Part shown: positions 8,963-18,237 of the stretch, one piece after another
How the letters are laid out: every line of letters starts with the position of its first letter
Position numbering within the stretch: position 1 is the first letter of the stretch
NCBI GenBank assembly: GCA_050633305.1
Contig: JBOEGF010000015.1
Location: forward strand, 96,001-160,000
Reading direction: 5' to 3'
Length of the DNA stretch: 64,000 bases
Origin: Nannocystales bacterium
Lineage (GTDB): Bacteria > Myxococcota_A > Polyangia > Nannocystales > Nannocystaceae
Made by a program: the position numbers and the translations under genes
The notes under the pieces: generated by a model
What the model was told of the DNA's origin: nothing
The model's input: only the letters and a program-made list of their open reading frames with translations
Database searches by the model: none

Positions 8963-11670
8963 CCGGCCTTGTCGTTGCCGCCGGTTACCTGTGTCAGCCG
9001 GTGGAGCTGTCTCTCGACGGTGGGCGCGTACACGCCCTTTGGCGCCAGCTCGAGGTAGCGCCGGTAGGCAGCGATCGCGTCCGAGTACTCTTTGCGCTGC
9101 TGCCGAATCGCGCCCAGTGCGAGATAACCGTCGGCGAACTCGCCGTCCGCGGCAACGGAGGCCTCGGCGGACGCCAGCGCGTCGTCCATTCGCTTCTGCT
9201 CGATGTAGATGGACGACGCGAGCATGAGCGCGGCCGCGTTCTCGGGTTGCGCCGCAAGGATGGAGGTCACCAGGTCGTGGGCGGGACCGCTGGACCCGTC
9301 CGCATGAAGCTTCCGGGCGCGGTCGAGCGCGTCGTTCACGCTCTCGGGGTTTTGCGGGTCGAGCGCGGGGGCGGGCGTCTCTGCGGGACCGGTGTTCGCC
9401 TGGACGGTTGTCGCGGCGGGCGGCGGACCGACCGACGGCGCAGGAGTCGGCTGGAGCTTTCCATAGAGGAAGCCCCCCGCCGCGGCGACGAGAATGATGC
9501 TCGCGACCAGACCGTAGGGTGGGGAAGGTTGCTCGGGCGGGACAACCGCGGGGCCTCGCGGCCGGGCGATCGGGACGGGCGAGTCGTCGTCATTGCCCCA
9601 ACGGCCAGGCTCTTGTGCCGGGGCCCCGATGCGAACGTTGTCGCCATCGTCGAGCGCAGCTTCATCGCCGTCAGCCACGGCGTCCTCGCTCGTGTCGATC
9701 TCGACGGTTTCACGGTCTCCGCCCTCTGCGTCCGGTCCACCGTTTCCGTCGAGGTCCAGGACAAACTCGCGCCCCATGTCCCCCGCGTACGGGGGAATCG
9801 TGGGGGGATCGGGTGCAGGCTCGGTACTGACCGCGAAGATACCGCTGGCCGCGGCCCGCGGAACTCCCGAGGGCGGAGCAACCTGATCCGACATCGGACG
9901 CAGACTCTCTGCGCTCTCTCCCGGAGCCGGCTCGGCAGTCTCAGGAGCGTCCGAAGATTCCTCGACCTGAGGAGGAGCGGGGTCGCGTCGAGCGTCGTCC
10001 GTGCTCCGATTCACTTCCCGGAGGTCGGGGATGCCACCGGCCGTCACGCGCCGCAGGTTCACACGCCCGAGGCTGGCGGTCGGGTTGTCCGCCGTCGGCA
10101 TCGGAACGCCGGGTACGGTGGGCTCGTCGGGACCGGACTCGTCGCTCGCTTCGCCCCAAGGATCGCGGGGTGGCTGGAGCCCCGCAAGCGCGCTCTCGCC
10201 AGAGTCCTCAGGCCGCTCGGCCAAGGAGATCGCAGCCGTGTCGGTGTCCTCAATGGGCAGGGGTCCCCCTTCCGGAGGATCGGCATCGGGATCGGAGAGG
10301 GACTCGGGAGCGGGTCCTTCGCGGAACTCTGGGGTTGCGCCGCCTTCGATTGCGTCGAGTTGCTCGGCGAGCGCGTCCACAATGCCCTGGCTTTCGCCGG
10401 TGAACTCAGGCGCTGGGCTCGGTCCCGACTCGCCGTCGGAGCCCGACTCGAGGGGCACCATGCTGGACCCGAAGGCAGGCTTGGGTGCGGAGTCCTCTGG
10501 AATGCCCGGTACGAGCACGCTGTCCTCATGCGCATCCGCCTGCAGCGTCGGGAACGGCTCCGGGTAGTTGGGCGGGGGCGGGAGGTCCTCCGAGTCGTCG
10601 TCCGTATCGGCGAGCGACGCCGTGTCGACGGGAGCGGGCGTGGGAACAGAGGGGACGCGGGTCGGGGCATCCCAACGCTCCAAGGAGAGCGCGGAGGCCA
10701 GCGGTTCCTCACCGGCGTCCTGAGTATCTTCGGCAGGCGCTAGTAGGCCTTCGAAGAAGAACTGACTGATTGCGCCAAGAGCATCGAGGTCGTCGATGCC
10801 CGAGTCGTCGACCACTTCGAGAATGTTGCGACGGCCGTCGAAACGCTTGAGCACCGCCGAGTGGTCGGCGCTCAGGTTGTCTCGGCGTTCCGCGTAGGCG
10901 GAGGGCTCGACAACGAGGACAGCATCGAGCGGGGGAAGCTGCTCCAGCAGTCGCCCCCATTCATCGACCCGACGCATCCCCTCCATGAGAAGGGCCTGCG
11001 TGTTCGAGTGAATCTGTTGGCCTCGGTTGATGGCCTTGAACTCGAGTTCGAACTCACCATCGCCCAGGCTCAGGAGCCGATAGATCGCGGCCTCGCCCTG
11101 CAGCCGTCCCATCTGCGCGTCGATGACCGAGCCGTCTCGGAACCAGACCGTCGCGTCCCCGAGGGCGGTCATAAAACTGATGACACCACTCTTACGGGAG
11201 ATCTCGATCGTCTGAAGAAGGTCCACGACCGCCATATCCGCCAGGCGTCCGGTGAACTTCGTGCGGGCAGTATCGCGACGCTCCAGCCGCTCGTGCTGCT
11301 TGCGCTGGAGCAGCATCGTGACCCGTGTCGTGATCTCCTTAATATAGATAGGCTTGGTGAGGTAGTCCTCGATCCCAAGCTCCAGCCCCCGCACCTTGTC
11401 CTCCACCGACTTGTCGCTGGTGAGGAAGATGAAGGGGATGTGCCGCCAGCGGTCGTGCTCCTTCATCGCCGTGCACAGACCGAAGCCGTCCAGGCCCGGC
11501 AGACGGGTGTCGGAAATCAGGAGGTCCGGTTCGGCGTGCTCAAGGTACTCGAGCGCTTCTTCGCCCGTGCTGGCTGCAGTGATGCTGAAGCCCGCTTTGC
11601 GCAGGCTGACCTCCAGCACGCGACGATTGCGTGCGTCGCCGTCGACGATGAGGAGGTTTTGGCGAGCCAT
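8959..11670 (-). CDS. Response regulator: receiver, DUF4388/PATAN-like domain, long acidic Pro-rich linker, TM helix, TPR
   Basis: REC motifs (DLLISD..LPGLDG, FLT, DYLTKP); [33 protein letters not shown]. Confidence 0.85.
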   Translation of the reverse strand: MARQNLLIVDGDARNRRVLEVSLRKAGFSITAASTGEEALEYLEHAEPDLLISDTRLPGLDGFGLCTAMKEHDRWRHIPFIFLTSDKSVEDKVRGLELGIEDYLTKPIYIKEITTRVTMLLQRKQHERLERRDTARTKFTGRLADMAVVDLLQTIEISRKSGVISFMTALGDATVWFRDGSVIDAQMGRLQGEAAIYRLLSLGDGEFELEFKAINRGQQIHSNTQALLMEGMRRVDEWGRLLEQLPPLDAVLVVEPSAYAERRDNLSADHSAVLKRFDGRRNILEVVDDSGIDDLDALGAISQFFFEGLLAPAEDTQDAGEEPLASALSLERWDAPTRVPSVPTPAPVDTASLADTDDDSEDLPPPPNYPEPFPTLQADAHEDSVLVPGIPEDSAPKPAFGSSMVPLESGSDGESGPSPAPEFTGESQGIVDALAEQLDAIEGGATPEFREGPAPESLSDPDADPPEGGPLPIEDTDTAAISLAERPEDSGESALAGLQPPRDPWGEASDESGPDEPTVPGVPMPTADNPTASLGRVNLRRVTAGGIPDLREVNRSTDDARRDPAPPQVEESSDAPETAEPAPGESAESLRPMSDQVAPPSGVPRAAASGIFAVSTEPAPDPPTIPPYAGDMGREFVLDLDGNGGPDAEGGDRETVEIDTSEDAVADGDEAALDDGDNVRIGAPAQEPGRWGNDDDSPVPIARPRGPAVVPPEQPSPPYGLVASIILVAAAGGFLYGKLQPTPAPSVGPPPAATTVQANTGPAETPAPALDPQNPESVNDALDRARKLHADGSSGPAHDLVTSILAAQPENAAALMLASSIYIEQKRMDDALASAEASVAADGEFADGYLALGAIRQQRKEYSDAIAAYRRYLELAPKGVYAPTVERQLHRLTQVTGGNDKAG

Positions 11671-11726
11671 GGTTCGGCGTCGGGCGGCGCACAGGCGGCT
11701 CAGCGAGCCCCAAAGCGCAGTGGCGC

Positions 11727-11816
11727 ACCATAGCAACGCCGCGTCCAGCCCAGCAAGTGAACTGCATTCGCTGCAAGCGCGAGTCTTGAGGAGTTCGCCG
11801 GCCGCGTTGCTATGGT
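11727..11816. promoter_or_regulatory. Back-to-back extended -10 elements forming a 13-bp inverted repeat
   Basis: ACCATAGCAACGC (11727-11739) and GCGTTGCTATGGT (11804-11816), each pointing at one of two divergent genes. Confidence 0.55.
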
Positions 11817-11822
11817 CCGGCC

Positions 11823-12914
11823 CTGAACGGGACAGACCATCGAAGCCCGCGCCGTGAGGCGCTCCCCTGGCTGGCGATCATCGTGGTCTGCTGCCTCGTC
11901 TTTGTGGGCTCTGCGGGCCTGTGTGTGGGTGAAAGCCCGTCTCCGTGGTGGGAGATGGGATGGGGAATGGAATGCCCGGGAGCGCTGCGAACGGTGGGGG
12001 CCGCGGAGCTGGTGCCCTTGTGGGAGACGGGCGGCTGGTGGCGGGTCGTGACGACTGGGTTCGTGCATGGGTCGGCGCTACACCTAACACTGAACATGTG
12101 GTCACTCTGGAACCTGGGCGCATGGGCGACCCGGGCGTGGGGCCATGCGCGGGCGCTGATCTGTTTTTTGGCGTCGAGCGTCGGAGGGGTGCTCGCCTCT
12201 GTCACGTGGGCGGAGGCCCCCGTCGTGGTAGGGGCCTCCGCGGGCATTTTTGGGCTGGCGGGCGCGCTGTGGATTTCGAGGGGGTGGGGCGATGAATCCT
12301 GCCGGGCTCGGGTTGAGCTGGTGTCGACGCGCGCACTCGGGACCACGCTCGCCCTGATGTTGGGGCTGGGTTTTCTGGTACCCATGATCGCCCAGGCCGG
12401 TCACCTGGGCGGGCTGGCCGTAGGCATCGTTCTGGGGACCGTGTTTGGGGGGGTCGCGCGCTCTCGGGCAGGGGTGGGGGCCGCGAGTGGGGGTGCCATC
12501 TTGCTTCTCGGTCTCCTCGCCCTGGCGGCGGTCGAGCCGAACTGGCGTCCGAACTATCACGCGTTCCGCGGGTACCGGCTTCTGGAGGACGGGTCGTCGT
12601 CGGAGGCTGTCAGCATGCTGCGGGAGGCGCTGCGTCTCGAGGGAGATGCCCCGGAGCTGCAGAATGGTGTGGCGTATGCACTCGCGGAGGCTGGTGTCGA
12701 GCTCGAGGAGGCGCTTCGGCTTGTCGACGGCGCGCTGGAGCATGACCCGGAGAGCGCCGACTATCTGGATACGAAAGGCTGGATCCTTTGCAAGCAGGGG
12801 GATGTGGAGTCGGGGCTCGAGTGGGTTCGCCGGGCTTCCGTCGCCTCCGGCGGTGGCGTTGCAGAGATTGAGGAGCACCTGGAGAGTTGCGGCAACCCAC
12901 CGCCCGCAGGGTAA
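11823..12914 (+). CDS. Rhomboid intramembrane serine protease with C-terminal TPR (start uncertain: CTG 11823 or GTG 11883)
   Basis: WWR..T..F.H, HL..NM, GASAG, GHLGG; YLDTKGW TPR. Confidence 0.9.
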   Translation: MNGTDHRSPRREALPWLAIIVVCCLVFVGSAGLCVGESPSPWWEMGWGMECPGALRTVGAAELVPLWETGGWWRVVTTGFVHGSALHLTLNMWSLWNLGAWATRAWGHARALICFLASSVGGVLASVTWAEAPVVVGASAGIFGLAGALWISRGWGDESCRARVELVSTRALGTTLALMLGLGFLVPMIAQAGHLGGLAVGIVLGTVFGGVARSRAGVGAASGGAILLLGLLALAAVEPNWRPNYHAFRGYRLLEDGSSSEAVSMLREALRLEGDAPELQNGVAYALAEAGVELEEALRLVDGALEHDPESADYLDTKGWILCKQGDVESGLEWVRRASVASGGGVAEIEEHLESCGNPPPAG

Positions 12915-12948
12915 GGCTTTCGGTGCTCGCGATTGGGCGAAGCCGGGT

Positions 12949-12964
12949 TGTTTCACGTGGAACA
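12949..12964. other. parS: parS site
   Basis: TGTTTCACGTGGAACA fits the bacterial parS consensus. Confidence 0.9.
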
Positions 12965-13091
12965 CGGGCGGAAGCGGGCGGGATGCGCGGGTTGAAAGGG
13001 TTGTCCGTCGCTGACCCTGCTCGGCCACGGCGGGGTGTGTCTTGGACCGGGAGGCGGGGACTCGCTCCCATTCCTGCGGTTCTCCCCACAG

Positions 13092-13107
13092 CGTTTCACG
13101 TGAAACG
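13092..13107. other. parS: parS site
   Basis: CGTTTCACGTGAAACG, perfect palindrome. Confidence 0.9.
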
Positions 13108-14010
13108 TCGGGTCAGGGAGGTTGACCGAGACAGAGCACCAGGGGCGGACGGCTTCTCGGGCGTCCCGCAACCGCCCCGTCTCTTTGTCAGGGCCTCGGC
13201 GTTCCGAAAGAGCCACGTCCGCCGGCGGTACCCCTGGGAAGGGGCACGTGCGACGCGTCGGGTCGGCCTCCGACGGGTGCCGGACTCGATTTGAAGCAGC
13301 CTGCGGCGTGCGCGGCGGAGGTCCTGGCTAGGCGGAGGCGGCAGGGGCACGGAGTCCGTCGAGGCCCAACAGCGCGGCTGGAAGTGGCCAGAGGCTCGTA
13401 CTCCAACCGTTCGCCGCTCGACCAAGCGAGGCAGAGGCCCTGCTCCGTCGGGACCCTCGCAACTCGGTGCTGCCCGCCGCTGAGGCCCGCACTGTGGACG
13501 GTGCCGGGAAAGAGCGGAGGGGAGGGGGCCGGCGGGCCGCGGGTGGCAGCCTCGGCCGTTGAACGAGCTGAGAGAGGGCGCAGCATCGGAGTTCCTGCTA
13601 CGTCCGGCGGCGGGACGCCGTCACCTCCAGCGTGGGTCCAATGGCGCTCGACCACGACGAACCAGCACCGCCCTGCGCTGCCTCGGACGCAACCGCGGAC
13701 CGGGGCAGGGCTGGATACGCTGAAGGTAGTAGGGGAAGCCGGCGGTGCCCGGTACAGAGTCGCGTCGCCCGGGTCCCGCATTGCGCATGGAGCCGCGATT
13801 CCGAGGGTCCAGTGCGACCCGCCGCGCACCCTGGCAGCGTCCACGGTCAGGGTGGGCGGGAGCACCACTCAATCAGCGTCAGCGGGCAAGGCTCGATGGG
13901 CTCGTCCGCCGCGCCACGAGCCTGCCTTGGTGGGTCTCGGCCTGCGTGGGGCCCGGGACCGTGTTGGTATGAGCAACGGCACCAGAATCGACATCATCGG
14001 GTCGGGAATA

Positions 14011-14066
14011 GGCACAAGCACAAGCACAAGCACAGGCGCAGGCGCAGGCGCAGGCACAGGCACAGG
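14011..14066. repeat. Hexamer microsatellite (RGCRCA) about 9 copies
   Basis: ggcaca agcaca agcaca agcaca ggcgca ggcgca ggcgca ggcaca ggcaca. Confidence 0.9.
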
Positions 14067-14158
14067 CCACAGCCGCGGGAACGAGCCCACGCATCGAGCC
14101 GCGGCCCGACGCGGAGCCGGGCGCGAAGGGACACAGGAACCCCGAACACGTGGCTGGC

Positions 14159-14174
14159 TGTTCCACGTGAAACA
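14159..14174. other. parS: parS site
   Basis: TGTTCCACGTGAAACA. Confidence 0.9.
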
Positions 14175-14783
14175 ACCGGCAACGCCCAGGGCACACCTCC
14201 TGGGAGAGCGGCCTGTCCACACGGACTCCAGCGCTACCCGAGGCGAGCCATCAAAGGACCCATCGGGCCCACGGCACCTCATCGACAAAACCTCGAGAGC
14301 CCTCCAGGCACACCACCCCCTCATGGCAGGAGATGCGGACCCTCTGTCGGGCCAGGCCCACAACGCGACACCTACCGCGCACGCGACCAACCCGGCCGCC
14401 GCGCCCTGCGAGCCAAGGACAGAACAAGCGCGCCGACACGAACTCAGCGAGCCAACGCGCAGCGAACTGACTCAGCAACGGACTCCGCGAGCCGGGCCAC
14501 GGAACCCGCTCAGCGAGGACGACTCGACCCAAGTCAACCGAACAACCAGGAGTGCAGCCGATTCGCGCGCCTGCGGACCAGGTGCGCGCGGGAGCGACCC
14601 CGCCCGAACCAAGCCCGAATCTCAACCCACGCCTCGTGTCAGCGACGCCCGCCCCTGTTGCCCCCCTATCCCATCCCGAGCCAGCGCCGACACCCTCCCG
14701 ACGACGTGGCTGCGGCACGCCCACGTGGGAAGGCGCACCTGAGTTTTTCGGACCCACCGCCCGAGCGACGGTGGGTCTCGCGT

Positions 14784-15437
14784 TCAGCGCGTTTCGGCCC
14801 CGACCATCGGCGAGATGACCCCTACGCTCCCCCGCTCACTCTCGACCAGGAGCGAGCAACCGTAGTTTTGCGCCGTTTCCTGCGCCGAGAGGTGCAGCAC
14901 CACGTGGGCGCGCCCGTTTCCCACATGCTCCGCGACTCCCAGCCACTCAGACGGAGCCCACACGGCCCTCGCGGACAGGACGACGATCACGCCACCTTCA
15001 GCCCTAATAAACTCGTTGGCTGGATTCTCGGCCCACGTTTCCCGCTCGAACCGAGAGCGAATCACGCCTATTGACTTTCGCCCGATAGCGTTACTCGCAA
15101 GCTCGAGAAAGCTCGCGCGCTTCTGCCGAGGCTCCAGCAGCCGCAGCTCACAGTCGAGGACCGCGCCGACCACAAGCCCCGGAAACCCACCGCCGCTTCC
15201 GAAGTCCACCCATCGAACTGCCTGCACGTCCGCGACCGCTTCGCGAACCACCCACGCCGTGTCGAGGCCGTCACGCACATGTGGCAGCAGCTCGGCGCGT
15301 GTGCGGGCACCGCTGAGATTCATCACCGCACCGTACCGGAGCCACAAACCCAACAGCGTCTCGAGCCGTTCAAGCGCGTCTGCCGGCAGTTCCCAGCCAC
15401 GCATCTCCATCCATGTCTCGAGTTCCTCCGACAGCAC
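14784..15437 (-). CDS. rsmG: 16S rRNA m7G527 methyltransferase (GidB)
   Basis: NLSG, H..D, DFGSGGGFPG, LLEPRQKRASFL, SARAV; GTG start chosen on the host side of attL. Confidence 0.9.
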   Translation of the reverse strand: MLSEELETWMEMRGWELPADALERLETLLGLWLRYGAVMNLSGARTRAELLPHVRDGLDTAWVVREAVADVQAVRWVDFGSGGGFPGLVVGAVLDCELRLLEPRQKRASFLELASNAIGRKSIGVIRSRFERETWAENPANEFIRAEGGVIVVLSARAVWAPSEWLGVAEHVGNGRAHVVLHLSAQETAQNYGCSLLVESERGSVGVISPMVGAETR

Positions 15438-15443
15438 CGCACG

Positions 15444-15454
15444 GATAATGCCAT
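15444..15454. repeat. attL core
   Basis: GATAATGCCAT, repeated at 55092-55102; followed by arm TCTGCGGGATCAG. Confidence 0.85.
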
Positions 15455-15553
15455 TCTGCGGGATCAGCAGTCCCACCATTTCGGGGGCTTGCTGAATCTT
15501 CCATGGGGACTGTCTCTCGGCTGGCGTCGCTGTCTGACCAGACGACGTACTCA

Positions 15554-15582
15554 GCACTACGAATCGACACCAACGCCGTCAA
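15554..15582 (-). promoter_or_regulatory. Candidate sigma70 promoter pointing out through attL
   Basis: TTGACG-17 bp-TAGTGC on the minus strand; -10 is imperfect. Confidence 0.35.
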
Positions 15583-15862
15583 GAACTTTCCGGAGAAAAC
15601 CTTGTCGGGCACATCGCGCAGCGCTACACCAAGGGCGTCCGAACGGGGTTTGACAGTCTCCCCCGAACGGTTTCGCCCCATCCGGGTCTGAACTTCGACC
15701 GCTCCAAGGTCGTCGCCGGGTGGGGCCGCTTTGTATCCGCGACTCGTGAAACCGCATCGCGCGCGGTTCGTGAGGCGCAAAAGGGTAGGGCGCTGACCGC
15801 ATGGTGTTTCCACCAGCGTCAACGCCCATCCCACGAAACGGATCCGTTTGCCCGTTTTCGCG

Positions 15863-16186
15863 CTATTTGGTGCCGACGACCCAGGCCCAAGCCGCTCCAC
15901 CGAGCCCCGCCAACGTCATCGCGAGCTTGGTGAAGCTGTGCCACATCCCGGTGCGAGCCTTCGACTCCACCACCACCTGTGACTCTGGAAGCGGGCGCGG
16001 AGCGTACTGCGGCTTGAGCTGGCCTGTCTCGTCGAACTTGTCCAGCACCCGACCAACGGATTCGCGCAGCGCCTGGACCTCGCCCCGGTTCTTCCGGGAG
16101 TCCCGCTTCAACTCGCGGGCATCGTCCTGCAACCCATCGAGCTTCCCCTCGATGCGGCCCAGAACTCGGTCGGTCGACTCCGGCAT
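15863..16186 (-). CDS. Phage coiled-coil protein with C-terminal TM helix (lysis accessory?)
   Basis: Heptad N-terminus, hydrophobic C-terminus, last gene of the late region. Confidence 0.55.
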   Translation of the reverse strand: MPESTDRVLGRIEGKLDGLQDDARELKRDSRKNRGEVQALRESVGRVLDKFDETGQLKPQYAPRPLPESQVVVESKARTGMWHSFTKLAMTLAGLGGAAWAWVVGTK

Positions 16187-16195
16187 GGGCCCGAC

Positions 16196-16435
16196 CTAGT
16201 CGACGACGGATTTGGCGGGGTCGGCTACGGCGAGCTTGAGCCCACTCCAGCCAAAGAACGTCGCTAGGACTACGATGCCGTCGAGCCCTCGGTTGACCGC
16301 GGTGGCGAGGTCTTCCCCCGCGACCTGCTCGCCGAGCCCGAAGAGGTGGGCGAGGAACACAAGGATCGCGACCAGCATCGCGACGAGAATCGGGCGCGGG
16401 ACCCGATGGAGGGTGAGCTTCCCAGCGGAGGACAT
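16196..16435 (-). CDS. Putative holin
   Basis: 79 aa, two TM helices, GGAGG RBS. Confidence 0.55.
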   Translation of the reverse strand: MSSAGKLTLHRVPRPILVAMLVAILVFLAHLFGLGEQVAGEDLATAVNRGLDGIVVLATFFGWSGLKLAVADPAKSVVD

Positions 16436-16513
16436 GCCAAAACCTCCCACTGCGCCAACAGCGTGGTTCGAGTGTTCAGGGACGGCCCGGGGTCCAGCTG
16501 CTACACCTCCGGC

Positions 16514-16903
16514 ATGCGCAGGATCGCGGCAGCTCTTCTCTTGCTCTCGTTGGCCGGTTGTGACGATGGAGCCGACGAGCCGCCGGTGGTGATCGAGGCC
16601 CAGCAAGAGAGCACCGCCCACGCAGCGGGCCAGGTGTTCCGATGGGACGTCGTCGACCCGTGGCTAGAAGGAGACGGGGGGATACGAACCGCTGACCGAG
16701 GCTGTGGATATGCAGCCAGCCTCGTCGCTCTCTCCTACGACGAAACGACTGGGGTCGCGTTCAGATGCGGCTGCATGGCAAGCACAGACGGATGCGACGC
16801 TGGCGGAGAACTGCCTGACGACGTTGTCTGGTCCGAAGACGTGTGTGACGTCTGTGAGGGGAGCGCCTGCATCGAGCTGCTCGACCCCACTGGCCGCTGC
16901 TAG
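16514..16903 (+). CDS. Cys-rich lipoprotein (moron)
   Basis: MRRIAAALLLLSLAG-C lipobox; opposite strand to the phage genes. Confidence 0.7.
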   Translation: MRRIAAALLLLSLAGCDDGADEPPVVIEAQQESTAHAAGQVFRWDVVDPWLEGDGGIRTADRGCGYAASLVALSYDETTGVAFRCGCMASTDGCDAGGELPDDVVWSEDVCDVCEGSACIELLDPTGRC

Positions 16904-18237
16904 AAGTGGCCGAACGACACGTCGATCGAGCCCAGTCGCAACGTGTCGTCCACGTCGTTGACTCGAGCGAAGGCCTGCAACAGGGCCGACATGCTGTCGC
17001 CTTCCCGTTGGACCTCCAGCCATCCGAACTGGACGTGGCGATCGCTCCCATCGCTCGGGATGAACACGTCGACAAAGTCTCTCGCACCCGACTGTAGACG
17101 GACGATACCGCCAAGGTCAGCAGAGCCCAGGACCGCGGCGTACACCTCGACCCGAACCGGCACGAGCGACCGACCGGAAACGGAAAACTCGGGCGACGAC
17201 AGAGCCCAGTCCGCCGCATAGGCGCCGCCCTCCACCAGCCACCCCGGGTTGTCCGCGTCCCATGACGTCAGCGTGTTGTCGAAGATGTCGACGAGCGTGG
17301 TGCCGGAGAACTCCAACACCTGCTCAGTGCCGGCGACTACCGCCGCCGCATCCGGTTGCCATGCCGACCAACTGAGGATGTGCGGTCCGACGCGTTCCCG
17401 CTGGCGCTCCGCTACATCGAGTAGCCGCTCCGTTCCGAATCGAGGTTCGTTCGCACCAGCGGCATCGGTTTGCGGCCCAGGTGTTTGGCTCTGCTGTGGG
17501 ACCTCGCCCCCTATCTCGAAACCGTGGAGCGTGGACCCCTCGCCGTCGGTCACGTCGTCCACGTGGGCCAGGAACTTCTCGACGAGCACCAGGTCACCAA
17601 TCCGAGGCGCGCCGGATGTCTCGATCACGATGTCGACCTGCGGCCACTCCGAGTACCGCTCCACGATGTCGGGAGAGAACCCGAACAGCGTGGGAGCAAT
17701 CATGGTCACCGGATCAAGCTGTCGCACGTGTCCGAGCGCCGGCTGCGGTGCGTCGCCGTTCTCGAGCGGTGACGCATCCATCGTCCGAGAGTAGGTCCGG
17801 CCATCCGTGCCGCCGTCCCCCGTCCACGTCACCGTGACACGGACTCGGGCACCCACCCCGTCCCCGTTCCACGTGCCCCCGTCGTTTCGTTGGGTCTGAC
17901 CCGCTGGCACGTACCAGCCGCCGAGCTCCAGCACACTCCCCGCGGACGGTCGCACCCGGTGGGTTCCGACCGTCGTCCAACTGTTCCGCGGATAGGTCTG
18001 CGACCCGGCTCCGTCCGGACTGCCGGCATTCCCTGGCACAGCATAGGCCCCCGCGCCCAACAACGAGTGGGATGCCAATACGCGGACCGACGCATGCGCA
18101 ACGGTGTCCTGAGCCCCAAACACTGCCGCCACCGGGGGCCACCGACACAGCCGAAGCCCCGCAAGGGGCTCGACGGTAGGAACCGCCGTGGCCCGGTCGC
18201 CGGTAAGGGTGGTGGTCTTCTGCGTCCCGCTTGTCAT
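16900..18237 (-). CDS. Putative tail/virion protein
   Basis: Beta-rich 445 aa, coupled within the tail module. Confidence 0.6.
   Translation of the reverse strand: MTSGTQKTTTLTGDRATAVPTVEPLAGLRLCRWPPVAAVFGAQDTVAHASVRVLASHSLLGAGAYAVPGNAGSPDGAGSQTYPRNSWTTVGTHRVRPSAGSVLELGGWYVPAGQTQRNDGGTWNGDGVGARVRVTVTWTGDGGTDGRTYSRTMDASPLENGDAPQPALGHVRQLDPVTMIAPTLFGFSPDIVERYSEWPQVDIVIETSGAPRIGDLVLVEKFLAHVDDVTDGEGSTLHGFEIGGEVPQQSQTPGPQTDAAGANEPRFGTERLLDVAERQRERVGPHILSWSAWQPDAAAVVAGTEQVLEFSGTTLVDIFDNTLTSWDADNPGWLVEGGAYAADWALSSPEFSVSGRSLVPVRVEVYAAVLGSADLGGIVRLQSGARDFVDVFIPSDGSDRHVQFGWLEVQREGDSMSALLQAFARVNDVDDTLRLGSIDVSFGHF

Noticed and set aside
8929..10743. 604-aa + strand ORF and similar ones (38087-39943, 60862-62607, 979-2184)
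   Set aside because: Antisense shadows of well-supported genes
14716..14733. Fourth parS (CCCACGTGGG)
   Set aside because: Only the central CACGTG matches; the GTT/AAC flanks are missing
13291..15074. Long ORFs of 483 and 480 aa across the parS region
   Set aside because: Low-complexity R/P/A/G translations in overlapping frames with no motifs; likely high-GC artefacts
15431..15467. att core as a dif/Xer site or tRNA/tmRNA end
   Set aside because: Only ATAATG resembles dif, with no XerD arm; no cloverleaf or tRNA-like end; the phage has its own integrase
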